From: an uncultured delta proteobacterium
GTDB taxonomy: Bacteria; Myxococcota; Myxococcia; Myxococcales; Myxococcaceae
Reading direction: 5' to 3'
NCBI GenBank assembly: GCA_963713045.1
Contig: CAVQKE010000003.1
Span: 1,216,001 to 1,280,000, forward strand
DNA: 64,000 nucleotides
The notes below the pieces were generated by a model. That model was not told the origin of the DNA. It did no database searches and saw only the letters and a program-made list of their open reading frames with translations. Both the position numbers and the translations under genes were made by a program. This document shows, one piece after another, positions 60,729 through 64,000 of the stretch (the stretch's first letter is position 1; the number at the start of each line of letters is the position of its first letter).

Positions 60729-62575
60729 GCTGCGGCCTCCCTCGAGGCTGGGCTTGCCGGCAGCGTCAGGCAGAAGACGGCACCGCCTTGGGGACGGTTC
60801 TCCGCCACGATGCGGCCGGAATGGGCCTCGGCGATGGACCGACAGATGGCGAGCCCCATGCCCAAGCCCTTCGCCTTGGTGGTGAAGAAAGGCTCAAAGA
60901 CACCCTCCAGCGCGCTTGGCGGAAGACCTGGCCCGGAGTCGCTGACGGTCAGTTCCACGGCGCCGTTTCGCTGGGTTGCCCGGACACCAATCGAGCGTCG
61001 ACCGGGAGGCTGGTCGGCGACTGCATCCAAGGCGTTGAGCAGCAGATTGAGGAGCACCTGAAGCAGCAGCACCGGGTCGCCTTGCACCGAGGGCAACCGC
61101 GGCTCAACCGCCACCTCCAGCCGGGCGCGGCGGCGCGACGCCTCGCTGGCCACCAGCTGCACCGCGTCCTGCACCACGCTTGCCACGTCCACAGCTGAGG
61201 CGCGAAATTCGTCTCTGCGCAGCACGCTGCGCAGCCTGGAAATGACGAGGCTGGCGCGCTCAGCCGAGCTCTCGATGTCCACCAGGCTTGCGCGCACTTC
61301 CTTCAAGTCCGGCGCCTCACTGAGGAGAAAACGGCGCGCTGCCCGGGCGTTGTTGACGATGGCGCCCAGGGGCCCATTCAGTTCATGCGCCAATGAGCCA
61401 GACAGCTCGGCCACCGTCCCCAGCCGGTTGAGATGGGCGATGCGTTCCTGGTTGCTCTGGGCTTCCGCTTCGGCGAGCTGGCGTCGCCGGCGCTCGAGCA
61501 GCAGCACGGTGATGAGGGCCGACTCGAGCAGCAGTGCTCCGAGGATGGCGGCAATCCAGACGGCATACTGACGCCACATCGAACCGCGAAACAGCACTTC
61601 GGTGCCGGGCGGCAGCCGGCTGTCGGGAATGTGCCAGCGGGTGAGTTGCCGAGCGTCGACGACTGGCCGGACTGCAGCGACGGTGGGTGGCGGGAGGGGA
61701 GCCCCGGCCAGCGCCGTCGCCGCCAGCTGCCCTGTCTGCCGGCCCATCTCCACGTAGTCCGTCACCCAGCCCCCCACAATGCCAAGGCCCTCCAGCTGGG
61801 CGTGGGTGGAGAAAATGGGCGCCCGCGACCACTGCGACAGCATGCGAACCGCCTCCGTCCCGCGGATGCTGCGGCCGGTCCCATCCCGAAACAGGGACAC
61901 TCCAAACACAATGACGTGCTCGGGAAGGGCAGCCAGCCGCTGACCCATCTCCGCCAACGGCAGCCCCGTCAAGTCGAGCTGTTCCAGGTGTCCGCTGACG
62001 CGCGCGAGGTCGGGCCGAGCGCTCGCCTCGAAGGCCCGGTCGACCGTCGAGGTCCCACCAACAAAAGCCACCGTGCGTGTCTCCGGCAGCAACTGCAGCG
62101 CCAGGGCCAGCGTTTGGTCCACCGCGGGGCGCCGGGCAATTCCGGTCACCCCGGGAGGAAGGTGCAGGGCCGCCACCGTGTCCTCATCGACGTCACTGTA
62201 GAGAAGGGGGACGTCTGGCCAGAAGTCGCGGCGCGCGCTGAGCGCGAACACCAGAGGCCCTGCCCCCACTGCGATGACAGCGGCCGGCGGGTAGACACCG
62301 TAGCGCGCCTCGAACCAGGCGCGCTGCCTCGGTGCGAGTTCCGGGTTTTCCAGCGCCTCCAGGTCGAGGAATTCGTTGTGGACGGTGAGGTCTTCCGGTC
62401 CCACCGCGGCAAGCGTCTCGCGGAGCGCCTGGTCAAAGGACATCACCAGCGGGGCGAAAGGGTCAAAGCCGTAGAGGACGAGAATGCTGCGGGCCTCCCC
62501 GGGGGGAGCCGCGTGCCCGGCCGAGGCAAGAAGAATCACTGCACCGACCAGTACGGCGCGGAACGGCTGGGACAC
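60725..62575 (-). CDS. Sensor histidine kinase with periplasmic ABC substrate-binding-like domain
   Basis: Signal/TM, EFLD, GIVGG, TM, AHELNGPL, QVLLNLLLNALDA, DSGPG, FFTTK, GLGMGLAI; start uncertain. Confidence 0.9.
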   Translation of the reverse strand: MSQPFRAVLVGAVILLASAGHAAPPGEARSILVLYGFDPFAPLVMSFDQALRETLAAVGPEDLTVHNEFLDLEALENPELAPRQRAWFEARYGVYPPAAVIAVGAGPLVFALSARRDFWPDVPLLYSDVDEDTVAALHLPPGVTGIARRPAVDQTLALALQLLPETRTVAFVGGTSTVDRAFEASARPDLARVSGHLEQLDLTGLPLAEMGQRLAALPEHVIVFGVSLFRDGTGRSIRGTEAVRMLSQWSRAPIFSTHAQLEGLGIVGGWVTDYVEMGRQTGQLAATALAGAPLPPPTVAAVRPVVDARQLTRWHIPDSRLPPGTEVLFRGSMWRQYAVWIAAILGALLLESALITVLLLERRRRQLAEAEAQSNQERIAHLNRLGTVAELSGSLAHELNGPLGAIVNNARAARRFLLSEAPDLKEVRASLVDIESSAERASLVISRLRSVLRRDEFRASAVDVASVVQDAVQLVASEASRRRARLEVAVEPRLPSVQGDPVLLLQVLLNLLLNALDAVADQPPGRRSIGVRATQRNGAVELTVSDSGPGLPPSALEGVFEPFFTTKAKGLGMGLAICRSIAEAHSGRIVAENRPQGGAVFCLTLPASPASREAAA

Positions 62576-62822
62576 TCTCCTCGAAGGGCGCACCACGACG
62601 GGAAAGACCTTGCCGACTCCGCCCGCGCACGTCAACGCACGGGGGGCCGACGGCGCCTCACGCACCACCCGCCCCCAGGGAAATGGGCGCCCCCCTCGGG
62701 CGTATGGAGGCTGGTGCCCCCAGCGTCCACGTTGGAGACGTCCTCGAGGCGGGCTACAAGCACGTGACGTCGGACACGCCGGACGCCAGGGCAACGCCCT
62801 TGGGATGAATCAGACGGTTGGT

Positions 62823-64000
62823 ATGAGCTTCATTCAGCCCAAAGCACTGGGAGTGATGCGCGGCTGGCTACCGGGCGGTTGGGAGCGATTCCGCCATGGG
62901 TTCAGCCAATTCGTCCTCGCGTTCCATGCCATCCACCGGGACCCGCTGGCCTGGAAGCGCTACCTTCGCACCTGCACGCTTCAGGCAACCGTGGCGCTCG
63001 CCCTTGGCGCCCTCTTCCTCTCGACGGCGCGCCACTCCTCGGAGGAACTTCGCGAGGAGCGGGTGCGCCGGGCGCTGCAAAACGTGACGGTCGTCCAGAC
63101 TCAAGATTCTGCTCCCGGCGCACCGACGCCGCCCGAGGTGCAACCCAGTGCGCCGCAGCGCCGTCGCACGTCCGCCAAGTCCAAGCTGGCCGCCGCCGCC
63201 GCGGCATCCACCGGCGCCCAAGACGAGGCCGGGGCCAAGGACAGCGCGGCGGACGCTGCCCAAGCCAAGGCAGAATTTCAGCGCAAGCTTCACAAGCTGG
63301 AAAAAGCTTTCGCGGAGCTGTCCTTGAAGGCGGGCCCCACGGCTGTCCGGCGTGACAAGGACTTCCAGGAGGCCCGCGAAGACCTCGACGAGCAGCTGAG
63401 CGGGCTGGAGGACGACGCCGCGGATGTCCCGCTGACCGCCGGACAGAAGGCCACACTGGTACGGCTGGGCGCGGAACTGGACGTGCTCGAGCAAAAGACG
63501 AAACCCGGCTTTTGGGACTCGGCCTGGGCGCTGGCGCTGTCCATTTACGGGGCACTCAGCATCGCCCAAGCTGTCGTCATCGCCCTGTCGCGGGATTACC
63601 ATGCCGCCATTGCGCGGGACGCCAGCTTGCTGCTGGGCGTGGCTCCGGAGGACCCGCCCGCCAGGCCGCGGGTACGCCTCAACGTGACGTGGGTGCGGCG
63701 CAAATTCAAACAGCGCACCCGCAGCGTGCTGGTCTTCCTCCCCGGGGTCGCACTCATCAGCCTGGCAGCGCTTCCCTTTCCCAAGCGGGCCTTCGTCACC
63801 AGCGTCCTGACGACGGTTTGGGCCTCGTACTGGTGGGTGGTGTGGACGGCCAGCAAAAGCGCTCGGGCCTGGGAGCGTTCCGCGCTGGCCCCTCCCCCTT
63901 TCTTCCTGCGTTGGTGGCAAGACCGGCTGGCTGGGCTGCCCGTCGTCGGCGGACTGGCCCGGATGTGGGCCAGGCTGTGGGCGCGACTCACGCGCTCCGT
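62823..64000 (+). CDS. Multi-pass membrane hypothetical protein, truncated at the window edge
   Basis: Manual translation, open from ATG 62805/62823 to the end: MSFIQPKAL...TM...Ala-rich/helical region...WALALSIYGALSIAQAVVIALSRDYH...PEDPP...YWWVVWTASKSARAW. Confidence 0.75.
   Translation, partial: MSFIQPKALGVMRGWLPGGWERFRHGFSQFVLAFHAIHRDPLAWKRYLRTCTLQATVALALGALFLSTARHSSEELREERVRRALQNVTVVQTQDSAPGAPTPPEVQPSAPQRRRTSAKSKLAAAAAASTGAQDEAGAKDSAADAAQAKAEFQRKLHKLEKAFAELSLKAGPTAVRRDKDFQEAREDLDEQLSGLEDDAADVPLTAGQKATLVRLGAELDVLEQKTKPGFWDSAWALALSIYGALSIAQAVVIALSRDYHAAIARDASLLLGVAPEDPPARPRVRLNVTWVRRKFKQRTRSVLVFLPGVALISLAALPFPKRAFVTSVLTTVWASYWWVVWTASKSARAWERSALAPPPFFLRWWQDRLAGLPVVGGLARMWARLWARLTRS

Overview
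High-GC bacterial chromosomal segment; gene content and style suggest Myxococcota (inference). About 50 CDSs and no rRNA, tRNA, CRISPR array or transposase. Left to right: SRAP/YedK plus a large Lhr helicase (runs off the left edge); a beta-propeller; a degenerate receiver/DHp-like protein; FAH-family hydrolase, flavin reductase and MATE; a candidate ~175-nt structured small RNA; 2-oxoacid dehydrogenase E1 alpha/beta, apt, AcuI-like reductase and 2-hydroxyacid dehydrogenase; a TPR-CapA lipoprotein; a Phd/YefM-RelE toxin-antitoxin pair; a kynurenine/3-hydroxyanthranilate catabolic cluster with an adjacent HGGYW hydrolase; a four-gene module of small orphan protein, signal-peptide TPR-CHAT (caspase-like) protease, ECF sigma and membrane zinc anti-sigma; pheA, moaA, htpX-ftsH-osmC; a TonB-C-like protein; kbl-tdh-M20; a methyltransferase-cfa-AidB-like-DUF3667-ackA run; def with a His-rich tail; a beta-helix/diheme cytochrome lipoprotein pair; pepN; ceramidase-like protein plus SDR; purF; two two-component systems; and a membrane protein cut by the right edge. 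Many conserved genes carry single-base indels, most likely long-read consensus errors. The best novelty candidates are the CHAT-ECF-anti-sigma module (26565-30854), the small RNA (10249-10422), the SRAP-Lhr pairing and the putative eukaryote-type kynurenine formamidase. All calls come from motif reading by eye; no database searches were run.
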